64,000 nucleotides of DNA, taken from the NCBI GenBank assembly GCA_039818205.1, contig JBCBUK010000003.1, forward strand, positions 96,001 through 160,000. Direction: 5' to 3'. Below the pieces are notes generated by a model. The model worked only from the letters and a program-made list of their open reading frames with translations. It was not told the DNA's origin and did no database searches. Position numbers and translations under genes: made by a program. This document shows, piece by piece, positions 27,305-36,260 of the stretch; positions within the stretch are counted from its first letter, which is position 1, and every line of letters begins with the position of its first letter. The stretch comes from Verrucomicrobiota bacterium (GTDB lineage Bacteria; Verrucomicrobiota; Verrucomicrobiia; Opitutales; Cerasicoccaceae).

Positions 27305-29011
27305 CTATTGTTGCCCAATTTTTGTTTGGGCCTTTAACAGCAGGTTCTGTTCTTCTGGTAGCAGGGATTCCGGTTCGATGCGCTGGAATTGCTGCCGGGC
27401 GTCTTCGAGATTATTTTGTTCAACGGCTAGCAGACCCGAGAGCAGGATGGTCGAAGGTTGCTCGCGAAAATCGTTGGGAATGCGCGACAATGCCTTTTCG
27501 GCCAAATCAAGCTGTCCATTCTGCATCAATGCGAAGCTATAGGTTGGCCAGGCAAAGGATCCTGATTCCTTAGCGGTGATTCGCTGGAGGGTTGCGAGAT
27601 CGGGCGCATCGCCAAGCAAAACGTTCAGGTATTGGAGATTGTTCAACATGATATCATGCTGAGGGAAGATGGTGATATACTCCGCGATGAGATCTCGCGC
27701 TTCTGCCGTCTTGTTCGTTTGTAGGAGCACCGTAACTAATCGTTCCTGAAAGTGAGCTTTGGATTGCATCGACTGAGGCAGTTCGACCGCCGCGCGATAG
27801 GCCGTCTCGGCTGCAGACCAGTGTCCTGATTCTGCAGCGGCGGCTGCAAGGATTCCTAGAGATTCCAAATCATCGGTCTTGATCGAGGTGTCGATTGCCG
27901 GATCCAGTGCTGCCTTAGCGTCCGGTGAGTGCGTTGTTTCTAGATTCAAAAGCAGGGCTTCGGCATTTAGCGCCTGCAGACGACTTTCGGCTAACTGCAG
28001 GTTCTCCGCGTTTTGACTAATCATTTGGATGACCTTCGGCCAGTCGCGATCAATGCGAGCCATTGCGAGGGCAAAGCGACTCTTCTGTTCATCACTGAGG
28101 GTATCGGGTTCCTGAATGAGCCCCTTCAATTGGTCGTAGGCTTCGCTGGCAAGTAGCCACTCAGCAAGGAGTTGTGCATTCTGCTTCTTCGTTTTTGCAA
28201 CCACCCGCGCGAGGATCTCATCGCGTTTTTCAGGATAAAGGCGTAGTTCGAAATTGGCTGCCAAGAGTTGGCCCTCGGCGCCGCCCCGTGGATGCTCTTG
28301 GAGCCGGCTAACGAGCCAACGGCGGTCGCTATCAAACAAAACGATGTTAGGATTCTTGGCCAGGTTCTGCAGAGACTGCCAGGCGAATTCGCCGTTCTTC
28401 TTGCCGGATTCGCGAAAATTGACTTTGGCGCGCTGCAGGTTCGTCGGATCGCCCAAGCTTGAGAAAACCAAGCCTTTCAGCAGGAGGGCTTCGGTATGGA
28501 GCTCGTCGATCGAAAGCAGGCGATCCAGCTGCATCAAAGCGCTGGCGATATCTCCCGACGCCAGGTGATACTTTGCGGTCAGGAGTTGGTATCGTTGATT
28601 ACTACCCGCTTCCGAATGGATTTCGGCTAGCCCTTTTTCCGCTTCATCGAGCCGTCCCGATGCGATCGCGAGTTCACAATACAACAGAACGTTATCGATT
28701 CGATTCTCTTCGGAATCGGGCGCCGCCTTCAATTGGCTTACAAGAGTCCACGCCGCATCTTGGTCCACGGATCCCAATGCCTTAACGCGCATTCTTAAAA
28801 TGTCATCGCTCGGACTCGACACTCGCATTAGTGCATCTGTGAGATCGACAACCGCAGCGGCGTCTTTTCGGAGATGCGCTGCCTGGATCTCGCCTCCTTG
28901 GTATTTTGTCCAAATAAACCAAGTCCCATAGGAACCGGCGAGGAGCAGTAACACAATGAAAGCAAGCGGTAGGAATCGCCACTTACCCAGGTCTTCAGGA
29001 AATATTCGCAT
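27305..29011 (-). CDS. Membrane-anchored TPR protein (paralog of 32087-33766)
   Basis: N-terminal TM, TPR-like helices, DRRWL..R...HP, NNLQYL and C-terminal LLPEE. Confidence 0.8.
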   Translation of the reverse strand: MRIFPEDLGKWRFLPLAFIVLLLLAGSYGTWFIWTKYQGGEIQAAHLRKDAAAVVDLTDALMRVSSPSDDILRMRVKALGSVDQDAAWTLVSQLKAAPDSEENRIDNVLLYCELAIASGRLDEAEKGLAEIHSEAGSNQRYQLLTAKYHLASGDIASALMQLDRLLSIDELHTEALLLKGLVFSSLGDPTNLQRAKVNFRESGKKNGEFAWQSLQNLAKNPNIVLFDSDRRWLVSRLQEHPRGGAEGQLLAANFELRLYPEKRDEILARVVAKTKKQNAQLLAEWLLASEAYDQLKGLIQEPDTLSDEQKSRFALAMARIDRDWPKVIQMISQNAENLQLAESRLQALNAEALLLNLETTHSPDAKAALDPAIDTSIKTDDLESLGILAAAAAESGHWSAAETAYRAAVELPQSMQSKAHFQERLVTVLLQTNKTAEARDLIAEYITIFPQHDIMLNNLQYLNVLLGDAPDLATLQRITAKESGSFAWPTYSFALMQNGQLDLAEKALSRIPNDFREQPSTILLSGLLAVEQNNLEDARQQFQRIEPESLLPEEQNLLLKAQTKIGQQ

Positions 29012-29035
29012 GGTAGTTCAATGACCTGATTGTCC

Positions 29036-31174
29036 TTACATCTCCAAGGATGAGGACATGGTGGTCAAATTACGGGCCAATTGTTTTTCGACCTCCAGAT
29101 AGAGCCGGTCTTCTGAGGGAAGTTGACTTTGCGAGCCCAGGATGAGCGCATTCATCAGGTGGAGGTAGCCGGGCGAGCCGGGACCGAGCTCAGGCAGTTC
29201 GGCTAAGAGGGCCTGCGCGAGTTGGGTTTCCCCGGTACGATAGTAAATGAATGCGAGTGTTCGTCGCAGAGGCGCACTCAATGGATACTTACTTACGAGC
29301 TCTTCTGCCTGAAAGCGGGATAGTTCCAAATCGATATCGTAGAGGCTTTTTAGATACAACAGGAAGTTGGCGGACGCTGGTTGATCGTAGAAGCGTTCGG
29401 ATTGGAGCTGCTTGATCAATCCGGTCAATTCGTCTTCTTGGCCCAAGAAGTAGCAATTGGTCAGGTAATGGCTCGAAGCGATGCGAGGGGCATCACCGCG
29501 ACCGTAAATTTCTCGGTAGAAGGCCAGCCGTTGCTCGGGGTTGACGTGTTTCATCAACAGAACGTGCATATAGTCCCAGTCTTCAATCGTCGACTTCTCG
29601 AGTGATTGGAGTAAATAGACCTGAAAGCGTTCGCTTTCTTCCCGTTCGTTGGCGATGATCGCCCGCCAAAAGCGTCGGTGAGTCTCGGTTAACGCCAGCT
29701 GGTCATCCGTTTTGCCATCAATAATAGCCTCGGCGCGATCGAGATCTGGGCTTTCGGAAAATACGATCCCTTCAATATAGGCGCTGGCCAGTTTGGGGTT
29801 GATCTTACGATAGGCTTTGGGAATGAAGTCGTCTCGTCCCTCATAGATGCCACAGGTGCTCAGGGCGCTTAGGGCCTCTTCGTAGGATTTGTCATCGGAA
29901 AGATCGAATTCTGCTATGATAGCGGTCTGAGCATCCTCAGGCGTGATTGCTCCTTCAAGCAATGCCCGCGAAATCGAGCTTACCCGGTCCTCGCGGTCTG
30001 CGTGAGGATTTTCCGACACCAGCTGATAGATTTTTTGATAATCCAGTTGCGCGAGCTCCACGAGCTCGGGCTCAAGCAAGAGGGCAATTCGAGCCATAAG
30101 CATTGCCGTTTCATCGCCGCGCTGGAGGCATTTCTCCAGGTGGTTGACTGCTTGAGTCTGGATCGCTGGATCGCTCGAAGTAAGGGCAAGCTCAACGTAG
30201 GTTTGGTGGACTGCCGGGCTGTCAACCCCGTCGTCAATGGACTCCATCGCTTTGGCTAGCGCCTGTTCATGATAGCCTTTTTCCCGGAGCATTCGGAGCT
30301 CGGAATCAACAATTGATTCGGATTCGGGGAACTTGTTCTTGAGAACGGCGAGATACTGTGCGCCCTTGTTGAATTGCCGATAGTCGAGGGAGTAGTCGAT
30401 GACATCAGTAACGGATTCGATATCGAGGTTGTTCTTCTCGGCTACTTTTTCGCTCCACCAAATCGTCTCACCAGTTCGAACATCGTTGGCCAGCTTCAGA
30501 GTTTCTTCCAGGACACCCTTTTCATCGGGATCGAGCAGAGCGGCCGTTCGTGATTTCAGGTAGGCCTGCATTTTCCTCTCTTGATCGGCCAATTCCTTGG
30601 CCTCGGAAATAAGCTGTTGGGAACGCCACTCTTTAACCGAACCCCAAAGAAAGGCACTGCTGGCTAAAAGTGCGACTGCGGCAACCAGTGCGACGGCGGA
30701 TACGGTTCGCTCAAGTGGTTTTAATCGCTTCCAACTGCGGTAGATTCTCGAGGGAATTGATAAAACAAATGCGATCAGCTGAAGGTATAGCTTCCAGCAA
30801 ATCGCGATGTTTTCGCGCCAAGAAAGCTTTCTGAGATGTTTATACTCTTTGATCGAATTCCGAATCGACTTACGGATAGCGAAGCGCATTCGGGTGATAC
30901 TGCGCGATACGGCTGTTCGGAACTTCTTAGGACTCGATTTGATCTTCTTATTTAGACGCTTGGAAGCCTTCGCGCGCTCAGCCTCCCGCACTCGCTTCAT
31001 GGCGGGACGATCACGCTTCCAGCGCTTGATGTCTTTACGTTGGCGCGCCCACCAGGACTTCAGCTTCTTGCGCCTTGCTGGGATCTTGTGGAAAACAAAA
31101 ATTTTCCAGGCGGCTTTCCAGTCCTGGAGTTTCTTTTGAAGTGGTTTCCGTTTGTTCCTGCGCCGTTTAGCCAT
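29036..31174 (-). CDS. Membrane-anchored TPR-like protein with a highly basic N-terminal extension
   Basis: About 150 aa rich in K/R/W, then a TM, then a helical repeat region paralogous to 23576-25699. Confidence 0.75.
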   Translation of the reverse strand: MAKRRRNKRKPLQKKLQDWKAAWKIFVFHKIPARRKKLKSWWARQRKDIKRWKRDRPAMKRVREAERAKASKRLNKKIKSSPKKFRTAVSRSITRMRFAIRKSIRNSIKEYKHLRKLSWRENIAICWKLYLQLIAFVLSIPSRIYRSWKRLKPLERTVSAVALVAAVALLASSAFLWGSVKEWRSQQLISEAKELADQERKMQAYLKSRTAALLDPDEKGVLEETLKLANDVRTGETIWWSEKVAEKNNLDIESVTDVIDYSLDYRQFNKGAQYLAVLKNKFPESESIVDSELRMLREKGYHEQALAKAMESIDDGVDSPAVHQTYVELALTSSDPAIQTQAVNHLEKCLQRGDETAMLMARIALLLEPELVELAQLDYQKIYQLVSENPHADREDRVSSISRALLEGAITPEDAQTAIIAEFDLSDDKSYEEALSALSTCGIYEGRDDFIPKAYRKINPKLASAYIEGIVFSESPDLDRAEAIIDGKTDDQLALTETHRRFWRAIIANEREESERFQVYLLQSLEKSTIEDWDYMHVLLMKHVNPEQRLAFYREIYGRGDAPRIASSHYLTNCYFLGQEDELTGLIKQLQSERFYDQPASANFLLYLKSLYDIDLELSRFQAEELVSKYPLSAPLRRTLAFIYYRTGETQLAQALLAELPELGPGSPGYLHLMNALILGSQSQLPSEDRLYLEVEKQLARNLTTMSSSLEM

Positions 31175-31245
31175 GCGAGGTCAGTGTGGTAGGGAATTGA
31201 GGCAATACAAAAGGAGACTACTATGGACGAATTCTTTGACATAGT

Positions 31246-31277
31246 AAAGCCCGTGTCTGCGAGCAGACACGGGCTTT
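31246..31277 (-). terminator. Strong hairpin downstream of the PEP-CTERM gene
   Basis: Perfect inverted repeat AAAGCCCGTGTCTGC-ga-GCAGACACGGGCTTT, 26 nt after the stop codon. Confidence 0.8.
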
Positions 31278-31302
31278 GATCAAATAAATTCGGGACTAAT
31301 AA

Positions 31303-32007
31303 TTAGCCTTCTTGCTTTGCAGTCTTCTTGTTGAAGCGGCGGTAGCTGATATAGCCACCCAAGAGAACAGCGGAAGCAATCATCATGTAGGTTGATGGCT
31401 CTGGAACTGCAGTAACGGTTCCTTCGAGTTGAACATCATCGCCTGCGCCGTTAGAAAAACCAACGTTACCTGGAGCACCATTAGTGACAACCCAAAGAGT
31501 GAAGGTTTCTGGCGCTTTGATTGTTAGTCCGGTCAAATCGAAGCTGATGTCGAAAGGAGCGTTCAATGGTACGGCTTGACCGATCGAAATAGTGTTTCCA
31601 ACCAAGTGAAGTTCAGTGACGTTGGTTGAAGCTCCGGAAAAGCTTAGGCTTTCGGCTGCGATGCGCCATCCGAGGTCAGCGCTGAAGCCTACTTGAGTAA
31701 TGAAAGCGCCGGTTGCGAACGCAAGCGGCAGGCTGGTTGGCGTCGCGTTGGTGGTGCCAGAGTAAGAATCTGGTGCCATGCCTGGAGTCATACCGAATCC
31801 GAGAAGATTTGGAGCGATCGTCATCGGAGTCGAGACGTTGACATTTGGGTCAAGGACGGCACCGGGGGAGACCCAGCCAGCTTGTTCGTTGATATCCATG
31901 CCTCCGTTATTGAAGTCGATATCAACCAAGAGGGCGCCTTGCGCAGTGATTGCAAAGCCGAGAGCTGCGCTTGCAGCAGAAAGTGTGCGGTAGCAGTTAC
32001 GTATCAT
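31303..32007 (-). CDS. PEP-CTERM sorting domain surface protein
   Basis: Signal peptide (..ALGFAITAQG), T/S/G/N-rich mature domain, C-terminal VPEPSTYMMIASAVLLGGYISYRRFNKK. Confidence 0.95.
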   Translation of the reverse strand: MIRNCYRTLSAASAALGFAITAQGALLVDIDFNNGGMDINEQAGWVSPGAVLDPNVNVSTPMTIAPNLLGFGMTPGMAPDSYSGTTNATPTSLPLAFATGAFITQVGFSADLGWRIAAESLSFSGASTNVTELHLVGNTISIGQAVPLNAPFDISFDLTGLTIKAPETFTLWVVTNGAPGNVGFSNGAGDDVQLEGTVTAVPEPSTYMMIASAVLLGGYISYRRFNKKTAKQEG

Positions 32008-32086
32008 GCGTTCGAATATGAAGTAAAAATTCGGTAAGTAAAGAATGAAATCGGCGATTTTATAGGTTTAAATATGTAGATCGTCT

Positions 32087-33766
32087 TCACTGTTTCTCGG
32101 TAATTGTCTCCCACAGGGCAAGTTCCTCAGGTAGGAGTTCCTGGATTTCTGCGGCAGTGAATGTCGCAACAGCTGGCGCTTCGTTCTGTTTCTTAAATTC
32201 AATTAAGGCTGAAAGGAGCTTAATGGACGGGTCGGACCTCAGTTGTTTCGGAATCTCCCGGTATTTTCTTTCCGCTTCTTTCACGTCGCCGGACATGGCA
32301 GCAAGGAACGACAATGTGGTTGCGTAGCGACTATCATCAGCGCGGCGATCAAGGCTCTTGAGTGATTCAAGTAGTTCATTATCAATAACTCCGAGTAGTC
32401 CCTTGAGGTAGGCTAAGTTGTTGATTGCGTTGCCATTGGTTGGGTCTATTTCGAGAATTCTTTGTGTGTGTTCGACGGCTTGGGCGGTGTTGCGCTGGTA
32501 AAAAGAAACGACAGCTGCCTCCCGGCTTAGCTGCAGAAGACCAACGGGGTTTGACTCGAATTCGATGGCAGAAAGGTAGCCTTGTTGAGCTTTGTCCCAC
32601 TCCCGTTGCGACGCGGCATGACGGGATAGCGCAGTTAATGCGTGGACGTTCTTTTTCTCACCGGCCAGTTTGAATGCTTCGAGCCAATTGTCGACATCGT
32701 CCTCGGGCGATGTGTCTGGGAGGATTGCCTTAAGTGTTTTTCGGTAGAGCAGGGGGATGTCGGGGTGATTTTCGACATAAATTGCTGCTTCTTGGAGGTT
32801 GCCCAGCCGGATTTCTGCTTCGACAAAGGTGATGTCGATCAGTTGCTGTTTGTCGGCCGGCAGTTTCACCGCAAAATCCTTTGCTTGCTGCGGTTCGCCG
32901 ATTCCCATTAGCCAGGCAATCAGCAGTTCCGGGTGTTCCTTTCCGTTCCGGGCAATTTCTTCCTCGATGACTTCGGATTTTTCGCGATCCCCGAGGAGAA
33001 TGCTCTGAGTTGCAGCCAGGATATCGGAATAGGACGTACGCTCGGGGTGAATTTGCATGCGGTTGCGAAGCCATCGGCGATCCGTGGGAAATAATCGAAT
33101 TCCCGGGTGCGTCGCGAGTTCGAGCAAGGCTGCAAGACCGATTGAGGTGTTTTTTTGGCCTGCGTTGCGCATGACCGCCTTGGCCTGGACAGAATCAGTT
33201 ACTCGCCCGCGGACGAGAAGGAGTTGGCCTTTGACCAATAGTGCCTCTGCGTGCTCGGGCGCCACGTCGATCGCGGAATTGATGGCATCCAATGCTGCTT
33301 TGTAATCTCCAAGGGCGGCATGGGCGCGCGTGCGGAAGATGCCTGCTTTTGCACTGCTTCGGTCATTGAGTGGCAGTTTTTCCAGAATTGGGAGGACTTT
33401 TTCTGGCTGATCATTTTCGAGCGCGATTCGACTATAAAGATAGACGTTTTTTGTCAGATCCTTGGAGCCATCTTGTCCGATGAGAGTTTCTAAGATTTTG
33501 AGAGCTTCTTGGGGATCCTGACTGCGCAAGGTGAGCGCTCTTAATCGGAGCAGTGCCGGGTCTTCCCGCCAGACAAAGAGCAGTCGGTCGATTTGCTTGC
33601 CTGCCTCCTGGTGCTTCTTTTCCGCAATCAGGCTTTGTATCGACTCTTCTTGTTGAAGGCGCAAATAGCTTAGGCTGTAGTAAGCGATCGAGATCACCAC
33701 GAATGCGAGGATCAAGGCGCCAATAAGGCGAGGGGACTTTTGGGGGCGTTTACGCTTTTTGGCCAT
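32087..33766 (-). CDS. Membrane-anchored TPR protein
   Basis: Basic N-terminus plus TM, TPR-like repeats (EALLVKGQLL, NAINNLAYL) and C-terminal LLPEE. Confidence 0.82.
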   Translation of the reverse strand: MAKKRKRPQKSPRLIGALILAFVVISIAYYSLSYLRLQQEESIQSLIAEKKHQEAGKQIDRLLFVWREDPALLRLRALTLRSQDPQEALKILETLIGQDGSKDLTKNVYLYSRIALENDQPEKVLPILEKLPLNDRSSAKAGIFRTRAHAALGDYKAALDAINSAIDVAPEHAEALLVKGQLLLVRGRVTDSVQAKAVMRNAGQKNTSIGLAALLELATHPGIRLFPTDRRWLRNRMQIHPERTSYSDILAATQSILLGDREKSEVIEEEIARNGKEHPELLIAWLMGIGEPQQAKDFAVKLPADKQQLIDITFVEAEIRLGNLQEAAIYVENHPDIPLLYRKTLKAILPDTSPEDDVDNWLEAFKLAGEKKNVHALTALSRHAASQREWDKAQQGYLSAIEFESNPVGLLQLSREAAVVSFYQRNTAQAVEHTQRILEIDPTNGNAINNLAYLKGLLGVIDNELLESLKSLDRRADDSRYATTLSFLAAMSGDVKEAERKYREIPKQLRSDPSIKLLSALIEFKKQNEAPAVATFTAAEIQELLPEELALWETITEKQ

Positions 33767-33793
33767 GTCTGGTGCAGGAGTCGTTCAAAGTCT

Positions 33794-35260
33794 CTAGTAG
33801 CGGTAGGCGTCAGCCAACTCGTCGTCATCTGCCTGGCTGGACTTTGTGCCTAGGCTCAATCGGGCGGAAGCCGAGGCAATAATGAAAAACGTTATAACGC
33901 CTGCTGGAACGCCGAATGGAAAGTCAAAAGAAGCCAAGGTTAGAAAAAGTCCGCATGACAGGGCCAACCAAAAGGTTTCGGGGTGCGCGCGCGGTTGCCG
34001 AAAGGTGAGCACAATGATGCCAATCGGAACCGCTAGAAACAGAATCATACCGAAGGTGCCGAGTTCGACCCAAAACTGCATCCAGTCATTGTGGGCGTAT
34101 TCGTTGCGCTTGATGATCATTCCGAGCGGGTGTCGATACTCCGGGCCGGCATGGTTTTCGAACGCATAGGCATAGGAGCCAATGCCCCAGCCCCAGATCG
34201 GGCGTGCTTTCACCATCTCCAGACAGTCTCTTGGAGAGGCGTAGAATCGTTGGTCGATGTCTCCGTCCTTAATCTGATTAATTGTCTGTGCGAATCGGTC
34301 GGAAGCTGGTTCCCAGACTAAGGCTGTTCCCAGTATGGTAAATCCGCCAAGGATCACCACGAGGCTGAGGCCAATGGTTCTGCGAAGCTTTGACGGTAGG
34401 TGGGCGAAGATCGAGCTTCGGTTTCGATAAGCGAAAAACAGATAGATGGAAGCCAGCGCAACGAATAACCCACTTAGCAACATGCCGGAACGTGAACCGC
34501 AAAGGGGAAGGGCGATCAATATCAATGCTGCGCATACTAGCCAGACCAGATCCCAGCGCTGGCGCCCGCGGACGTTCCACCCGGTTTGATTGTAGTGCTG
34601 CACCATGTTATCGGCAATGGTCATCGCAGCTCCGAGGGCCAGGATTCCAAAGCCAACCCAATGGTTGTAGTATCGGAAACTCGCGTAGAACTTCGGATTC
34701 ACTGGGTCGATGAAACCAAGAATCATCTCGCTTCCGTTTAGTTTGAACCAGGCACCGATTACGGAGAGGGCCACTCCGTTTACGGCGATGATTGCGAGGA
34801 GAATGGTGATGAGTTTGTAACTGCGAACTACGGTAAAGAGCGAGATTGCCGCGACGAGAGAGCCCGTGAAGACCCACACAAATGGCCAGCTGTGGGATTG
34901 TAGGTAGGTGACGGGGAGGCCGGGAATTGGATCAAGGACCGCCCAACGCGGGAAGCGGTCCGTTAGATCTGCGACTTCTCTCAATGGGTTTAGGAGGCTG
35001 AAGCCAGTCAGGGCTATGAGAAGCAGCCAAGGTGATAACAGAAGAGCCCATCGCTTGAACCCCTGGAAATCGCGCCGATTCCAGTGAATGAATAAGGGTA
35101 AAATATTCAGCCAACCCAGTAAGCCAATAATCAATGGACTATTGGCTGCTCGCCCGCCCAGCGCCCAGCTTGAAAAGACGACATTTAAGGCAGTCAATGC
35201 AATGACAAGGTAAGGGGCGATCGGCTTCTTTTTGGGCCGGTCGTGGCGTCTGTTATGCAT
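33794..35260 (-). CDS. O-antigen ligase / O-oligosaccharyltransferase-like membrane protein
   Basis: ASF.YYNH, GSRSG, RPIWGWGIGSY and YAHNDWMQFWVELG motifs; about 12 TM helices. Confidence 0.88.
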   Translation of the reverse strand: MHNRRHDRPKKKPIAPYLVIALTALNVVFSSWALGGRAANSPLIIGLLGWLNILPLFIHWNRRDFQGFKRWALLLSPWLLLIALTGFSLLNPLREVADLTDRFPRWAVLDPIPGLPVTYLQSHSWPFVWVFTGSLVAAISLFTVVRSYKLITILLAIIAVNGVALSVIGAWFKLNGSEMILGFIDPVNPKFYASFRYYNHWVGFGILALGAAMTIADNMVQHYNQTGWNVRGRQRWDLVWLVCAALILIALPLCGSRSGMLLSGLFVALASIYLFFAYRNRSSIFAHLPSKLRRTIGLSLVVILGGFTILGTALVWEPASDRFAQTINQIKDGDIDQRFYASPRDCLEMVKARPIWGWGIGSYAYAFENHAGPEYRHPLGMIIKRNEYAHNDWMQFWVELGTFGMILFLAVPIGIIVLTFRQPRAHPETFWLALSCGLFLTLASFDFPFGVPAGVITFFIIASASARLSLGTKSSQADDDELADAYRY

Positions 35261-35264
35261 ACAC

Positions 35265-35299
35265 AAAAAAAGCTGGAGCCCCGTGAGGGACTCCAGCTT
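35265..35299 (-). terminator. Intrinsic terminator after the FecR-domain gene
   Basis: Minus strand AAGCTGGAGTCCC-tcac-GGGGCTCCAGC followed by TTTTTTT. Confidence 0.8.
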
Positions 35300-35314
35300 A
35301 AAAAGTTTCCGAAC

Positions 35315-36193
35315 TTAACTCGGCGTGTTGGTCACGTTAAGAGTAGGACCAAGGTTGTCGAAGTTGGTTGGGTCGTCCTGAACACGAAGTGGTGTCACGG
35401 TGTCGGGACCGGCTTCTCCGCCAGGTGAAAGGAGGAATGCATCAGCAGCGGCATCTGCAATCGCCTGGTTGTTGTCCGCGAGCAACTGTTGTTGTTCCGG
35501 AGTCAGTGAACCAACGTTTGCGCTGCCAACCGACTCAATTTCAAGGATGCCTACGCCACCGTCGCGGAATGTAACCGGGATTTGGACGCTTTCACCTTCA
35601 TTGACAACGGTTTCGACACCGTTGACCGTGATGATAACTTGACCTTCACCAACCGCCAAAACTGCGATCGAGCTCGAAAGCTGGTCCGATGACGCAGCAG
35701 CGGCATCATCCTTGGAGAGCGTTGCGAAAACAAAGGTCGTTCCGCGAATGCCTGCGCTGCCGGTTGGGGAGTTGATCACGTAGCTCGACTCGGAGTTAAG
35801 CTTACGGACGTTTCCAACGACTTTACCGTAGTGCAGGTCGAGCGAGGTGTTTGATGCTGAAGGATCTTCGCTGAGCTGCGCGTAGTTGCGGACGCTCATT
35901 TCGAAGGGCTCTTGGCTGAACTCCGAGATATCCAGGTAGGATTCAGGAGTCACGTTGATTGAGCTGCCGTTCGAGAAGAGAAGCAAAGCCGATGAATTCG
36001 CTCCAGTTTCAACAGCGTAACCCTCGCTAATGAGGTCTCCGCGCTGAAGTGGACGGGTCTGGTTGTTGCTGGTGTCAATGAGAGTGACGTCTCCCTTTAC
36101 GAGATAGACTTGCACGATTGGCTCGTTGACCTGGCCGGCAAACATCAAGTTCGCGAAAAGCAAACCGAGAGTTGTTAGCAGTAAAGTTTTCAT
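35315..36193 (-). CDS. Exported FecR-domain protein
   Basis: Signal peptide; VETGANSSALLLFSNGS and INSPTGSAGIRGTTF (FecR-type motifs); low-complexity acidic tail. Confidence 0.85.
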   Translation of the reverse strand: MKTLLLTTLGLLFANLMFAGQVNEPIVQVYLVKGDVTLIDTSNNQTRPLQRGDLISEGYAVETGANSSALLLFSNGSSINVTPESYLDISEFSQEPFEMSVRNYAQLSEDPSASNTSLDLHYGKVVGNVRKLNSESSYVINSPTGSAGIRGTTFVFATLSKDDAAAASSDQLSSSIAVLAVGEGQVIITVNGVETVVNEGESVQIPVTFRDGGVGILEIESVGSANVGSLTPEQQQLLADNNQAIADAAADAFLLSPGGEAGPDTVTPLRVQDDPTNFDNLGPTLNVTNTPS

Positions 36194-36260
36194 GTTATTA
36201 AGTGTCTTTGTTATACTGGTAGCAGTTTAGACTTTATCGGTAATATGGCCAGCGCAAACC

